Source of the DNA: an uncultured delta proteobacterium
GTDB taxonomy: Bacteria > Desulfobacterota > Binatia > UBA9968
Assembly: GCA_963804165.1 (NCBI GenBank)
Contig: CAWDPO010000003.1
Coordinates: 1 to 64,000 of the forward strand
DNA: 64,000 nucleotides
Reading direction: 5' to 3'
Shown one piece after another: positions 9,549-21,568 of this stretch. The notes below the pieces were generated by a model. It worked only from the letters and a program-made list of their open reading frames with translations. It did not search any database and was not told the origin of the DNA. Every line of letters begins with the position of its first letter. Position 1 is the stretch's first letter. Position numbers and translations under genes: made by a program.

Positions 9549-10825
9549 GTGAGGCGGATTATTTCTTTGAGTAGCATAGCTTCGTTGATTCAACTGGCCT
9601 TCTCGGCGCCGCCCCTGGCGCGGACCGCGGATAGGGGCACGGTTATTCCTCCTGCAATTCGATCTGGGCTGGAAATGGACTCGAAAATCGATAACGACAC
9701 CGCGAAGCGAATTGTAGCGACATTTCAGAACGCCGGAAGATCATTAATTTTAGAACGAACACGTGGACAAGCAGACATAGACTTGTACCGAAAATCGGCT
9801 CAAGCGGTCGTTTATGTGACTGACGCTGAAGAGAAATCTTCTGGAAGCGGTGCGCTTATCGATGCTAACGGCCACGTTCTTACAAACTGGCACGTTGTGA
9901 GAGATCATCCAAGGGTTTTTGTTGTGTTAAAGCCAAGGGATAGCACAGAGCTGAAGAAGGAGCTTATTTTCGTAGCCATTGTTGAGAAGACTGACGAGGT
10001 CGCGGATTTGGCGCTCTTGAGGATTGTCACGCCTCCAAATTCTTTAAAATATTTGGAGCTTGGGGATGGCGATGCGATTGCCGTCGGACAGGATGTCCAT
10101 GCCATTGGTCACCCCGTGCGCCTAACGTGGACTTACACCAAGGGAATCGTAAGTCAGGTTAGGGACGACTATGAGTGGTATTACGGCGATCGTCGGCTAC
10201 ACAAAGCCAAAGTTATCCAGACGCAGACACCCATTAACCCGGGAAATTCCGGGGGGCCGCTGCTTGATGATGCAGGAAGGCTAGTCGGAATTAACTCGTT
10301 TGGTTCAACACAGGCACAAAGTATAAATTTTGCTGTCTCCGTCGATACGGTCCAAGAATTTCTGCGTAGTTCCGAGCTGAAACGAAAGGCTCCCCAAGTT
10401 CAAGAATCAGCAAATGCCAAGGGAGAAACGCGCTGCCCGGACGCATACGATACGACGGGCCGAGGGTGGAAGGAGATTATAGGGTGCTATAGAAGTGCTA
10501 TTTCACCTCCACCCCGATCTATGGTTGGTCTTCGCGGTACCAAATAAACCAGCAGTCTATGGTGCCACGAGCACGTTGCGTCCAGGTGTCATTGATACCG
10601 TTATTTTGAGTCCGGACCAGAAATGGGAGAACTTAACATTTCTCTATGATGTCGACTGTAATGGAACAATCGATCTTACTGGCCATAAAGCCAAGGGAAG
10701 CGAGGGCATCAGCTAGCTTTAGCTTGCCCCAAAATCCTATGCGAACGGCCGCTGTAACTAAGGAACTCGACAAGGCCTTTAAATCACGGAAAATTCCCTA
10801 CCAAAATCTCAAAGTGTGTCAATAA
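9549..10825 (+). CDS. Exported trypsin-like serine protease (S1C) with Cys-containing C-terminal domain; frameshifts near 10515 and 10715
   Basis: Triad motifs LTNWHVV, DLALL and INPGNSGGPL; N-terminal signal-like sequence; continues via ORF 10495-10716 to ...NLKVCQ* at 10825. Confidence 0.88.
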
Positions 10826-10829
10826 ATCA

Positions 10830-13800
10830 TTGTTGCTTGTTGCAATTCAGAAGAGATTTTGCGTGACGGGATGTTTTGCACATCTACGAAGCTTGACGAG
10901 CGCACAACCTCTCGTTGCCGTCTTCAGTTTTTTAATTATTAACGGTTGCGCCTTTGGAAACCCACCTGTCGAAACTGGTAACAGACTAACAATTCCCGCT
11001 CACGTTGAAGATCTCTATAACGAGGGTGCTGCTGCGGTTCAGAGAGGCGATTTACAAGGGGCGCATCAAAAATATGAGGCGGCATTAACTTACGCTAGGG
11101 AAGAGCATAACCTCGCAGTGGAAGCGTTGACGCTAGCGAAGATCGCCAGCCATGGACTTCCGGATGGGTAATAACACGCGCGCGATCGAAACTTTCGATC
11201 GCGCCTTGGCTATTGGGCTAAATCTTCTTGTCGGGGCCTCGCAGCAAGAAAAGCAGATGATACTTTCGTATCGAGCGAGAGGGGCTCTATCAAAAAGCGG
11301 ATGCTCAGCAGAGACTAGGACAGTCCGAAGCTGCGGTAAAAAGCTACCGTGATGCTTCCGTCGATTTTGAGGCGTTAGAAAAAAAAGACTTGGCGGCAGT
11401 GGCGTTATTGATTGCTGCGAACATATTACACCAGAAGCTAAAAGCTCAGAATGAGGCAATTAAAGAATTTATCCGGGCTTTTTTCTTTCTTCCTTGCGGT
11501 GGGGGACAATACAAATGCCACGTGGGCACGGGTGGGTCTCGCATGGTCATACGGGGACTGAGGAGCGATTTGATGAGGCTACGTACAATTTTTTCTGATG
11601 TGTGTAAAGGACGCGGGGCAAACTTGGCTGATTCATGCGGAACTTGTGATGAACGGGCATCTTGGATTTAGGGCGAGTTTTAGAAGCACAAGGTAGTTTC
11701 GAACGCAAGCGTTAGGGCAATACGAGGCAATTCTTCAGCGTTGTTCGCAGCACTCAGGGTACTGGTCTAACCGCATGGGAGGCGAATGTATTACGGCTTT
11801 AATGGGGAGATATCGTATTGGTATTTGAGCCGGTATGAAGAGGCAATTGAACATCTGCAGGGAGCCGGCTAGTGAAGTATCACCAGATGGAGAAAGTACC
11901 GAGACTGAGGCTGAGAGTTTTCAGTGAGCTTGCGAGAAGTCCTTTTTTGGGTTGGTGACGCGAGAACGTGCAAATTCAGGAATACAAACGCGCCTTAGAA
12001 CTATACAAACAAACGGGCAACTTACCGAAAGCAGGTGGAGGTATCTGGCGGCCTTAGGGGAATCCGGTTGGTTGAGTAGATTCAGGCGTGGCAAGTTGAT
12101 AGCTCAACTTTGCATTCAAGTAACAACCAAACGAACTAGCATCTTCATTTCGAGTCAATCCTGTTGTGCCGTGGAATGCGGAAACCGAGAGCGCGTTTCG
12201 AACAATGGCAGACGATGTTATCCTATGTCGAACCAACGATTCTCAATGCTGCGGGTGCATTGCTATCAAAAATACGGGCGCGTTCGCTTCAATATGGAAA
12301 AGTTCGATTTAGCCATGTCCGCATTAACATTTGCTGTGTTTTACCACTATAACTTACAGGAAAGCCGTGACAGGTTATTGGATAGTGCGAAGGACTGCTT
12401 TTTTCTCGCCGAGGCATATGACAAAAAAAAGAATTGAACAACGCTCTGCGAAATTTTCGATCCTACTCGGGCAAATTGCTCAAGTGGTCCGATCATCAGA
12501 GATCCACTGGGTATATACAGGCCTTGCGAGAACACAGGCTGATTTAGGCGATATAGACAACGCTCTCCAATATAACTAGAACTGCTCTCCAGGCCCGCGA
12601 GAATATTCGCGAATCGCAGGGAACTGAAGAGATGAAAATCGGCGTATCTGGGGAATCGTTATATGTCTATCGTAGCTTTGAGAATCTTCTTCTCGACCGC
12701 TACACGGGGACCGGGGCGACCGGAGATTTAGACGAAGCTTTTCAAGTTAACGAGCGACTGCGGGCCCGTTCATTTTTGGAAAACCTAACCAAGTCACGAG
12801 CGACAAAACTTGGAGGTGACTTAGCATGGTTGACCTGAAAGGAAATAGAGATAGAGCATCAAATTGCCGAAATTCACCATCAGCTTTTGTCTTTCAAGTC
12901 AGACAGTAAGAATGAGTCACTCCTTTTTGACAAGCTCGAAAATCTGAGAAAGGACTGGCGCGATTCCCAGAACAAGGCTGCCAAGGAAAATTCAAAGTAT
13001 GGGCAAATTGTTCGTCCAAACCCAGTGACCTTGAGTGAGGTTCAAAACGTCTTGGATACGGATACGATTTTACTTGAGTACTCCGTTTCATTTGAAGGAT
13101 CGGTCTTGTGGGCAATCACTAAAGAACAGGTCAAAGCTTATAAACTGCCCGGCCAAGAAACATTGGTAGTCCTGGATAAATACCTAAAGACACTTCGTCA
13201 GCCTTTGATGACTTCAGCCGAGATTTTTGAACATGTAGCGCTCGGTCAAAATTTGTATCAAAAACTTTTAGCGCCGGCAGAAACACTTATCTTTGGGAAA
13301 AAGCGCGTTATCATTGCCCCCGACGGTGCGCTCTATTATCTGCCGTTCGAGGCATTGATTGCCTCGGATAAAAGTAAAGGTGCGAAAAGAACCCAGAAGC
13401 TTTCAGAAATCTCATACCTGATCAAAAAATTCGAGGTAGTTTATATTCCTTCTGCCTCGATTCTAGTCGAACAACGGAAAGATCGGCGTGAGCCGAGAAA
13501 CACCCCGTCACTTCCCTTGCTAGCCTTTGGTGATCCTATTTATGAAACTAAGAGCTCACGCCTCGCTGCGGAATCGTCATCTGAAGGGGCATTGCCCGCT
13601 AATATTTCATTACGTGGACTTAATCTCAATCCTCTGGAGTTTTCCGGCCAGGAAGTAAAACGAATTGCAAATATTTGGGGTATCTCGTCTAGATTCCGAT
13701 GAGATTAATCTGAGAAACCGGGCTTCAGTAACACGACTACAAGAACTAGATCTCTCTAAATATCGCATTCTCCACTTTGCAACACACGCAGTGGCGGGAG

Positions 13801-14249
13801 ATGAAATTGGCTTCCTAACACAACCAGCTTTGATTTTGTCCCAAGTGGACAGCCCAGGGAAAAACAATGGCTTATTGCAGTTCAGCGATATTCTACAACT
13901 TAAGCTAAACGCTGACCTGGTGGTGCTATCAGCATGTGACACAGGGTTAGGCAAGCTCCGAGAAGGCGAAGGGATTGTAGGACTGACCCGAGCGTTTCTT
14001 TATGCAGGCGCTGCATCAACAGTCGCCAGTCTTTGGCCAGTAGAGGATCAGTCAACTAGCCTCCTCATGGAAAGGTTTTATCGACGGCTCAAGCAGGGAC
14101 AGAGCAAGGCGGAGGCGTTGCGACGAGCAAAATTGGAGTCACTTCAATCTATCGTTTCACTGAAGGCGACAGGGGAGCGCGAATCACTTGCTTCACCGTT
14201 CTACTGGGCACCCTTTGTGCTCGTTGGCGACTGGGCACCAATGCGGTAG
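10830..14249 (+). CDS. TPR-CHAT (caspase-like cysteine protease) protein, heavily frameshifted in this sequence
   Basis: C-terminal ILHFATHA and LVVLSACDTGLG dyad motifs, VIIAPDGALYYLPFEAL, SLWPVED and PFYWAPFVLVG; ERLRARSFLE linker; TPR-like fragments; lipobox-like FLIINGC near the N-terminus. Confidence 0.85.
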
Positions 14250-14358
14250 CACTGAAACGACTGCAGGATCTACTCAGCCTGAACGGGAATTCTAGAAACC
14301 TGGACCAGTTTGTGCCTCGAAATTGCACCGTTTTACTTCTTTGACTCGGAGTCGGTTG

Positions 14359-15093
14359 ATGGCAATAGTCAGTGCTTATTTTGATGACAGCGGAACTCAC
14401 GACGATTCACTGGCTGTAGTCGTCGCTGGGTACCTCCTTTCGACAGAAAAGTCAGCGGGTTTCACTCGCGAATGGGGCGATTTGCTGGTTGAAGCAGGCC
14501 TAACGCATTGGCACCAAGTCAATTTCGCGCACAGCGTGAGGGAGTATGCCGGATGGATGGAGGAAAAGCGCGTTAAGTTCATGAGGCGGGCGACCGAAAT
14601 CATCAACGATACCGTAATTGGTGGAGTCGTGTGTGGAGTCAACGCCGCAGCCTTCAAGGAGTTATCATCAGAATTTCCGGCGCCTCCAGACACGCCTTAT
14701 CCTTTCTGCGCAATGGTGTGTTTCAAACATATCGAGAAATGGGCGGCCGAGTATCCCCACTCCGATCCCATCGATTGCATTTTCGAATCTGGCACAAAGG
14801 GGCATGGTGAAATTGCGAAAATGGTCGAAGAACTCATGTCTGATGAAGATGGTGAAAGACTTAAGTTTCGGCTCGGCGCGGTCAGATTCGAAGGCAAGAA
14901 AGAAACCCTGCCTGTCCAAGCTGCGGATATCTTAGCGTACGAGTTTTACCGCGAAGCACAGAATGGCGGGCACGTCACTGACGAAATCCGACAAATCCGC
15001 AAAAGCCTGCAAGGGCTCAGATCAAAGGTGATTGGCGGAACGTTCTACAGTCGCTCTACCCTTGAACAATACATTGCTAATTGGAAACCGTAA
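14359..15093 (+). CDS. DUF3800 family protein (predicted RNase H-like fold)
   Basis: N-terminal SAYFDDSGTH and C-terminal VQAADILAYE motifs. Confidence 0.75.
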   Translation: MAIVSAYFDDSGTHDDSLAVVVAGYLLSTEKSAGFTREWGDLLVEAGLTHWHQVNFAHSVREYAGWMEEKRVKFMRRATEIINDTVIGGVVCGVNAAAFKELSSEFPAPPDTPYPFCAMVCFKHIEKWAAEYPHSDPIDCIFESGTKGHGEIAKMVEELMSDEDGERLKFRLGAVRFEGKKETLPVQAADILAYEFYREAQNGGHVTDEIRQIRKSLQGLRSKVIGGTFYSRSTLEQYIANWKP

Positions 15094-15145
15094 GTTACGG
15101 CATGCCCGGCGAGATAGGTCAGTTTGATCTAAAAGACCGTGGGGG

Positions 15146-15754
15146 CTACTTTTTTTCCAAAAAAAGCATGCCTTTTTGAGTATCGATATCCATGCGGAAG
15201 TTGCTCAAGAAATTCAGCCCCAACAGTCCGGCAACTTGCGGGTCGACCAGGGCATCGTGAACCGCCGCGGGGAGATTGCGGATTTCCATTCCACCGACCG
15301 TGATCGATTCTAGGGTGGTTACCGGCGCCTGGATCAATCCATTGGCGGTCTGAAACGGCAGCGTCTTCGGATTCGGTCCCACGTCGATGGCGAGTTCGCG
15401 CGCGAGCGCGTTCGAGATCAAAGTATAACTGGCGCCAGTATCGACTACGAATTTTGCCGACCTTTTATTATTCAAAGTCGCCTGGATGATTGCTACCTGG
15501 CCATGCTTTTCCAAAGGAATCGATGCTTTCTTCGGGGGCAGTTTGATTTCCGGCTCGGCCACTCGCGGGTTTTCTTGGGCCTGGACACGGTTCACGTTGC
15601 CCCTTTGCTTGGGCGGCACGTTGTGGAGATTGTCGGTGATATGTAACACACCGCTGTCGTCGACCCAGCGGTAGTATTCCGCGGCCGGGAGGGGATTCGA
15701 GGGCAGGCAGAAAAGGCAAATCAGTAACAAGAGGTGCCTGAGGAGGTTCTTCAC
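15146..15754 (-). CDS. Exported retropepsin-like aspartyl protease with N-terminal DUF4124
   Basis: Signal peptide, YRWVDDSGVLHITD, FVVDTGASYTLIS and GLLGLNFL. Confidence 0.85.
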   Translation of the reverse strand: MKNLLRHLLLLICLFCLPSNPLPAAEYYRWVDDSGVLHITDNLHNVPPKQRGNVNRVQAQENPRVAEPEIKLPPKKASIPLEKHGQVAIIQATLNNKRSAKFVVDTGASYTLISNALARELAIDVGPNPKTLPFQTANGLIQAPVTTLESITVGGMEIRNLPAAVHDALVDPQVAGLLGLNFLSNFRMDIDTQKGMLFLEKK

Positions 15755-15900
15755 GATGACGGTACCTTATCATGTTCATCGCAACGGCGAAACAAACTAT
15801 TTCACAAGGATTTTGCGGATTCCGCATGCTTTACAAGGCTATATCGTTATGCTAAACGTGAATGAACTAAAGGAAGGAAAGAGACAAAAGAGCGGAGAAT

Positions 15901-16170
15901 ATGGGAATTGCTGAACCTCAGAAACGACAAACCATTGAGCAGTTCAGAATTCATCAGACGGACACCGGCTCTGCAGAAGTGCAGGTTGCGCTTCTAAGCC
16001 AGCGCATCGACCATCTCACCGAACACTTCAAGGTCCATGTAAAGGATCATCATTCTCGTCGTGGTCTCCTGAAGCTAGTAGGGCAGAGGAGGAGGCTGCT
16101 GGATTATCTTCGAGATTGTGATTTTGAGAGATACCATCACCTTATCCAACGGCTTGGAATACGCAAGTAG
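15901..16170 (+). CDS. rpsO: 30S ribosomal protein S15
   Basis: [12 protein letters not shown]...HLTEH...[23 protein letters not shown]. Confidence 0.98.
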   Translation: MGIAEPQKRQTIEQFRIHQTDTGSAEVQVALLSQRIDHLTEHFKVHVKDHHSRRGLLKLVGQRRRLLDYLRDCDFERYHHLIQRLGIRK

Positions 16171-16239
16171 CTGTTCCCGCCCCGTTGCCCGTCGTTTCGA
16201 TACCTCCGTCAGCCACGTCTCCCGCCAGAGGATTTCTAT

Positions 16240-18348
16240 ATGATTAAGAAAGTTGAATTGGATTTTCATGGTCGTCCCTTATCCATTGAGGTTGGGCGAA
16301 TGGCCAAGCAAGCGGACGGTGCTGCGCTGGTACGCTACGGTGAGACCGTAGTTTTGGTTACCGCAGTGGCCGCCAAAGATTTGAAATTGGATACCGATTT
16401 CTTTCCTCTAACCGTCGACTACCAAGAAAAAACCTTCGCCGCCGGAAAGATTCCCGGCGGTTTTTTTAAGAGGGAAGGTCGACCGTCGGAAAAAGAGATT
16501 TTGACCTGTCGTTTAATTGACCGGTCGATTCGACCGTTATTTACCGAAGGCCTGCGCTGCGAAACTCAAGTGATCGCCACCGTGCTTTCCGCCGACCGGG
16601 AGAACGACCCTGACGTAGTCGCTATGTTGGGCACTTCGATCGCGTTGCATGTGTCCGATATTCCGTTTAATGGACCGCTGGCCGGCGTGCGGATCGGCCG
16701 CATCGACGGCCAATGGGTCATGAATCCGACCCAGAGCCAACTTGAAGAAAGCGACGTGGATATCTTTCTCTCCGGCAGCCGGGACGCGATCGTGATGGTT
16801 GAAGGCGGCGCGCAGATCGTGCCCGAAGGTGAAATCCTGGAGGCGCTGTTCGCGGGTCACGAAGCCATTCAGCCGCTCATCCAAATTCAAGAGGAGATTC
16901 GCCGAGAAATCGGCAAACCAAAGAGGCACGTCCCGCTGGCGCATCTTGATGAAGGCGTCGCCCGCCGGGTTGAAGATCTGGCGCTTACGAAGCTCAAACA
17001 AGCTCTGGAGATCCCGGAAAAACTGGAGCGCTACAAACGAATCGCCGAAGTTAAGGGCGAAGTCGTACCTCAAGCGCTGGCGGAGTTTCCAGATAAGCAA
17101 AAAGATATCAAAGGCGCGTTCGAAGAGCTCAAGCGCAACGTCTTTCGCGGACTAGTCATTCAAAAAGAGCGGCGCATCGATGGGCGCGGCTTGAAAGACA
17201 TCCGGCCGATTACCTGCGAAGTTGAGGTGCTGCCGCGCACGCACGGTTCAGCGTTGTTTACGCGTGGCGAAACCCAGGCACTGGTGGTCACGACGTTGGG
17301 CACCACTTCGGATGAGCAGCGGGTTGATGCGCTGATCGGCGAGCATTTCAAGAAGTTCATGTTACATTACAATTTTCCGCCGTTTAGCGTCGGAGAAGTC
17401 AAGTTTCTGCGCGGGCCCGGCCGGCGCGAGATCGGCCACGGCAATCTCGCCGAACGCGCGCTGGTGCCCGTGCTTCCTATGGAAGAGGGATTTCCGTACA
17501 CCATCCGCATCGTCTCGGAAATTCTCGAATCCAACGGCTCGACGTCCATGGCGACCGTATGTGGCGGATCGTTGTCGTTGATGGATGCCGGTGTGCCGGT
17601 GTCCGCGCCCGTGGCGGGTATCGCGATGGGCTTGATTAAGGAAGGTGAGCACGTTCGCGTGCTCTCCGACATTCTCGGCGACGAAGATTACCTGGGTGAC
17701 ATGGATTTCAAGGTCGCCGGGACGGCGGACGGCGTGACCTCGCTCCAAATGGATATAAAGATCAGCGGCGTGAACCGCGACATCATGCGTCAGGCGCTGC
17801 ATCAAGCAAAGGATGGCCGCCTGCACATTCTCAGCGCGATGAATGCGGCGCTGCCCGCCGCTCGTACGAACGTCTCCGGTCATGCGCCGCGCATCATCAC
17901 TTTAAAGGTAAAACCGGACAAGATCCGCGAGATCATTGGCCCGGGTGGAAAAGTCATTCGCGGTATCATCGAAGCGACCGGCGTCAAAATGGATGTCGAA
18001 GACGATGGTACGGTGACGATCGCGTCCGTCGACGAAGCCGCGTCGAGAAAAGCCGTTGAAATGGTGCAGCGGATCGCGGCTGAAGCCGAGATCGGAAGAA
18101 TCTATAAAGGGACCGTGCGCAAGATCGTCGAGTTCGGCGCTTTTGTCGAAATCCTTCCCGGCACGGACGGCTTGATTCACATTTCTCAGCTTGCCCCCGA
18201 GCGCGTGCGCAAAGTCAGCGACGTGCTTAAAGAAGGTGACGAAGTCATGGTTAAAGTCCTGGACATCGACAAGCAGGGCAAGATCCGGCTGAGCCGCAAA
18301 GAGGCGCTGCAAGAAACCGGCGACGGCCCGGAGAGTTCCGCGCGGTAG
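16240..18348 (+). CDS. pnp: Polyribonucleotide nucleotidyltransferase (PNPase)
   Basis: [26 protein letters not shown] and GDMDFKVAG motifs; KH and S1 domains; follows rpsO. Confidence 0.98.
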   Translation: MIKKVELDFHGRPLSIEVGRMAKQADGAALVRYGETVVLVTAVAAKDLKLDTDFFPLTVDYQEKTFAAGKIPGGFFKREGRPSEKEILTCRLIDRSIRPLFTEGLRCETQVIATVLSADRENDPDVVAMLGTSIALHVSDIPFNGPLAGVRIGRIDGQWVMNPTQSQLEESDVDIFLSGSRDAIVMVEGGAQIVPEGEILEALFAGHEAIQPLIQIQEEIRREIGKPKRHVPLAHLDEGVARRVEDLALTKLKQALEIPEKLERYKRIAEVKGEVVPQALAEFPDKQKDIKGAFEELKRNVFRGLVIQKERRIDGRGLKDIRPITCEVEVLPRTHGSALFTRGETQALVVTTLGTTSDEQRVDALIGEHFKKFMLHYNFPPFSVGEVKFLRGPGRREIGHGNLAERALVPVLPMEEGFPYTIRIVSEILESNGSTSMATVCGGSLSLMDAGVPVSAPVAGIAMGLIKEGEHVRVLSDILGDEDYLGDMDFKVAGTADGVTSLQMDIKISGVNRDIMRQALHQAKDGRLHILSAMNAALPAARTNVSGHAPRIITLKVKPDKIREIIGPGGKVIRGIIEATGVKMDVEDDGTVTIASVDEAASRKAVEMVQRIAAEAEIGRIYKGTVRKIVEFGAFVEILPGTDGLIHISQLAPERVRKVSDVLKEGDEVMVKVLDIDKQGKIRLSRKEALQETGDGPESSAR

Positions 18349-18374
18349 CGGCTTCACAACCAAAGTGACTCTTA

Positions 18375-19652
18375 ATGTTCTCTAAGACCGTCCTTGATAA
18401 CGGCATCCGCATCGTGTCGCACGAAATGCCCGAGCATCGCTCGGTCAGCCTCGGCATTTGGGTGGAAAACGGCTCGCGCCACGAAAGTGAAGCGGAAAAC
18501 GGCTTATCGCATTTCATCGAGCATCTGCTCTTCAAAGGTACCGAGCGACGCAGTGCGGCGCAAATCGCCGAGGAAATGGACGCTGTCGGCGGCGTGATCA
18601 ATGCATTCACTTCCAAGGAGCATACCTGTTACTACGCCAAGGTGCTCGATGAGAATCTGCCGCTGGCGATCGATCTGTTGACCGATATATTTCTCCATTC
18701 GAGTTTCAACGCTGAGGAGATTGAACGGGAAAGATCCGTGATCCTCCAGGAGATCTCCCAGGCGGAAGATACGCCTGATGACTATGTCCACGACCTTTTC
18801 AATCTTGATTTCTTCAAGAACCATCCGATCGGCCGGCCGATTTGCGGCAGTCAAGAAACCGTCAACAATTTCCGACGCGAAGATATTCTTGGCTTTTTCA
18901 AGTCGCGTTACCTACCGCGTCGGGTGATCGTGGCCACCGCCGGCAACTTTCGCCACTCGGCGCTGGTGGAAGAGATGGCCGCGCGTCTGGGCTCAGTGCC
19001 CGACGGCGATCGACATAACGGCTCGCTGCGGGCCAACGGCGAGACGGCGCCCGAGATGGGCAGCGGCGTTTTTCCCCACGCGAAATCACTCGAGCAAGTT
19101 CATCTGTGCCTCGGTGTCGCCGGGATCTCCCAAGCGCATCCCAAGCGCTATGTCGCGTACGTGCTCAATACGCTGCTCGGCGGCGGCATGAGCTCGCGCT
19201 TGTTTCAAGAAATTCGCGAGAAGCGTGGCAAGGCTTATTCAGTTTATTCTTTTTCCTCCTCTTACAAGGATGTCGGATATCTGGGCGTGTATGCGGGCAC
19301 GAGCCTGGAATCGACGGACGAAGTCGTAGACTTGATTTTGAAAGAACTGCAAAAATTGGCGCGGGGCGAAATCAAGGACGACGAGCTCAGCCGGACGCAA
19401 GGTCAACTGGTCGGCAGCATGATGTTGGGATTAGAATCGACCGATTCCTGGATGAGCCATATCGCGCGCAACGAAATCTATTTCGGCCAGAGCGTGACCA
19501 CGGAGGAAATCTGCCGAAAGATTCGCGGCGTATCGCGTGACGACGTGATCGAGCTTGCGGATACGCTCTTCGCTAAGGGCGCGATGACATTGACGCTCCT
19601 GGGCGGCTTCGACGACAACTTCCAAATCAAAAATTTAAACTTAAATCATTGA
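18375..19652 (+). CDS. M16 family zinc peptidase
   Basis: Inverted zinc motif HFIEH, NAFTSKE, SSRLFQEIREKRG. Confidence 0.93.
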   Translation: MFSKTVLDNGIRIVSHEMPEHRSVSLGIWVENGSRHESEAENGLSHFIEHLLFKGTERRSAAQIAEEMDAVGGVINAFTSKEHTCYYAKVLDENLPLAIDLLTDIFLHSSFNAEEIERERSVILQEISQAEDTPDDYVHDLFNLDFFKNHPIGRPICGSQETVNNFRREDILGFFKSRYLPRRVIVATAGNFRHSALVEEMAARLGSVPDGDRHNGSLRANGETAPEMGSGVFPHAKSLEQVHLCLGVAGISQAHPKRYVAYVLNTLLGGGMSSRLFQEIREKRGKAYSVYSFSSSYKDVGYLGVYAGTSLESTDEVVDLILKELQKLARGEIKDDELSRTQGQLVGSMMLGLESTDSWMSHIARNEIYFGQSVTTEEICRKIRGVSRDDVIELADTLFAKGAMTLTLLGGFDDNFQIKNLNLNH

Positions 19653-19688
19653 GCTGGCACCGTCCGGATCGCGCGCGAATGGTCATCT

Positions 19689-20144
19689 GTGGAACACGTT
19701 CGGATTGAGATCAAGCGTTTGCGTCCACATTCCGCACAAGTGGCGTTGCCCGCTTACATGACGGACGGCGCGGCGGGAATGGATCTGTGCGCCGATATCG
19801 AAAGTGATCGCGAGCTCGCGCCGATGGCGCGCGCTTTGATTCCGACCGGCATCGCGATCGCCCTGCCAGCGGGGTTTGAAGCGCAAATCCGCCCGCGTAG
19901 CGGCTTGGCTTTGAAGCATGGGTTGACCCTGATCAACAGTCCCGGCACGATCGACTCGGATTATCGCGGCGAGATTCAAGTGATCGCCATCAATCTCGGT
20001 ACGGAACCGCTCGTGATCGAGCGCGGCCAGCGCATCGCGCAAATGGTGGTGCAACGCGTCGTTCGGGCGCAGTGGCGCGAAGTTGAAGAACTCCCTTCGT
20101 CAACACGGGACGATGGCGGTTTCGGACATACGGACAAAGAATAG
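19689..20144 (+). CDS. dut: dUTP diphosphatase
   Basis: [24 protein letters not shown] and RDDGGFGHT. Confidence 0.96.
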   Translation: MEHVRIEIKRLRPHSAQVALPAYMTDGAAGMDLCADIESDRELAPMARALIPTGIAIALPAGFEAQIRPRSGLALKHGLTLINSPGTIDSDYRGEIQVIAINLGTEPLVIERGQRIAQMVVQRVVRAQWREVEELPSSTRDDGGFGHTDKE

Positions 20145-20228
20145 TTCAAGGTTCAAAGTTCCAAGTTCAAGGTGACAAACTTCGGAGCGTTTTCGAACCT
20201 TGAACCTCAAACGTTGAACTTTGAACCA
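20144..20228. repeat. Palindrome built from 7-bp tandem units (GTTCAAG ... CTTGAAC)
   Basis: GTTCAAGGTTCAAAGTTCCAAGTTCAAGG ... GAACCTTGAACCTCAAACGTTGAACTTTGAAC; related copy at 57080-57153. Confidence 0.8.
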
Positions 20229-20248
20229 AGAATGGGCGGCTTCGAGGC

Positions 20249-21541
20249 ATGATTGAGCGTTATACTCGGCCGGAGATGGGTCGCATCTGGTCCGAGGAAA
20301 ATAGCTTCCAGAAATGGCTCGATGTCGAAATTCTTGCGGCCGAAGGTTTGGCGCGCCTGGGTAAAGTTCCTCGGGCCGCCATCGTGCGCATTCGCAAAAA
20401 AGCGCGCTTCAACGTCAAGCGCATTCGCGAGATTGAAAGAGAAGTTAAACACGAAATTATCGCGTTCCTAAGCTCCGTTGCGGAATCCATCGGCGATGAC
20501 GCGCGGTATCTTCACGTCGGCATGACTTCCTCCGACGTCATGGACACGGCGCTGGCGATTCAGTTCAAGGAAGCTTCGGTGCTCATCGAGCAAGACATCA
20601 GGGATCTCATGAGCGCGCTGCGGCGCCAGGCGCGCAGGTATAAGTGGACGGTCATGATCGGCCGCACCCACGGCGTGCACGCCGAGCCGATCACTTTCGG
20701 ATTAAAATTGGCGCTCTGGTATCAAGAGATGGCGCGTCATTTGTCGCGCTTTCGTAAGGCGGTCGATGACATTTGCGTCGGCCAGGTCTCTGGCGCTGTG
20801 GGAACATTCGCGCAGATTTCCCCCAAAGTCGAAGCTTACGTGTGCCGCAGGGCCGGGCTCAAGCCCGAGCCGATTTCGAATCAAATCATTCAGCGGGATC
20901 GCCATGCGTATTATTTCGCAACCTTGGCTATTATTGCCAGCTCGCTGGAGAAATTTGCCGTAGAAATTCGCCACCTGCAGCGCACCGAAGTGCAGGAGGC
21001 CGAGGAGCCGTTTACTCAGGGTCAGAAGGGCTCATCGGCGATGCCGCACAAGCGGAACCCGATTTTATCGGAAAATGTTTCCGGATTGGCGCGGCTCATG
21101 CGCTCCTACGCGCTAGCCGCGATGGAAAACGTGCCGCTCTGGCATGAACGCGATATCAGCCATTCATCGGTGGAGCGAGTGATCGCGCCGGATGCGACGA
21201 TCGCGCTCGATTTCATGCTGCGCCGCATGACTTACGTGCTCGCCAACTTATGCGTCTACCCGGAGAACATGAAACGCAATTTAGAAAAGAGCGGCGGCAC
21301 TGTGTTTTCCGAGAAAGTGTTGCTCGCATTGGTCGATAAGGGTATCGCCCGCGACGTGGCTTACCGGATGGTTCAACGTCACGCGTTGAAAGTGGCAAAA
21401 GAGGGCGGCGATCTGAAGCGCGAGCTACTCGCCGATGCGGAGATTCGCCGTCATCTATCCGCTAAGGAGATCGAATCCGTTTGGGGTGTCAAGCATCATC
21501 TGGAAAATGTCGATTTTATCTTTCGCCGGGTATTTCACTAG
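20249..21541 (+). CDS. purB: Adenylosuccinate lyase
   Basis: MIERYTR start, GRTHGVHAEP, GSSAMPHKRNP signature and LWHERDISHSS. Confidence 0.97.
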   Translation: MIERYTRPEMGRIWSEENSFQKWLDVEILAAEGLARLGKVPRAAIVRIRKKARFNVKRIREIEREVKHEIIAFLSSVAESIGDDARYLHVGMTSSDVMDTALAIQFKEASVLIEQDIRDLMSALRRQARRYKWTVMIGRTHGVHAEPITFGLKLALWYQEMARHLSRFRKAVDDICVGQVSGAVGTFAQISPKVEAYVCRRAGLKPEPISNQIIQRDRHAYYFATLAIIASSLEKFAVEIRHLQRTEVQEAEEPFTQGQKGSSAMPHKRNPILSENVSGLARLMRSYALAAMENVPLWHERDISHSSVERVIAPDATIALDFMLRRMTYVLANLCVYPENMKRNLEKSGGTVFSEKVLLALVDKGIARDVAYRMVQRHALKVAKEGGDLKRELLADAEIRRHLSAKEIESVWGVKHHLENVDFIFRRVFH

Positions 21542-21568
21542 ACCGCCGGGGTTTTGAAACTGTGACTC

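Noticed and set aside
10830-15093. Gasdermin or Craspase (type III-E) locus
   Set aside because: No gasdermin-like, Cas7-11 or Csx30-like ORF and no array; the downstream gene has DUF3800 motifs.
5231-15145. Complete prophage or tRNA-anchored island
   Set aside because: No integrase, portal, capsid, tail or lysis genes, and no tRNA fragment at either edge.
15830-15900. rpsO promoter and S15 autoregulatory leader
   Set aside because: TTTACA is present but the -10 match is weak, and I could not support a leader structure by eye.
9549-19652. Four protease classes (Ser, Cys, Asp, metallo) within 10 kb as one system
   Set aside because: The aspartyl protease and M16 peptidase belong to the core rpsO-pnp neighbourhood, so the proximity is probably coincidental.
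20144-20228. 7-mer and 9-mer tandem repeats as a CRISPR-like or guide array
   Set aside because: No unique spacers or constant repeat-spacer period, and no cas genes; the units form single hairpins.
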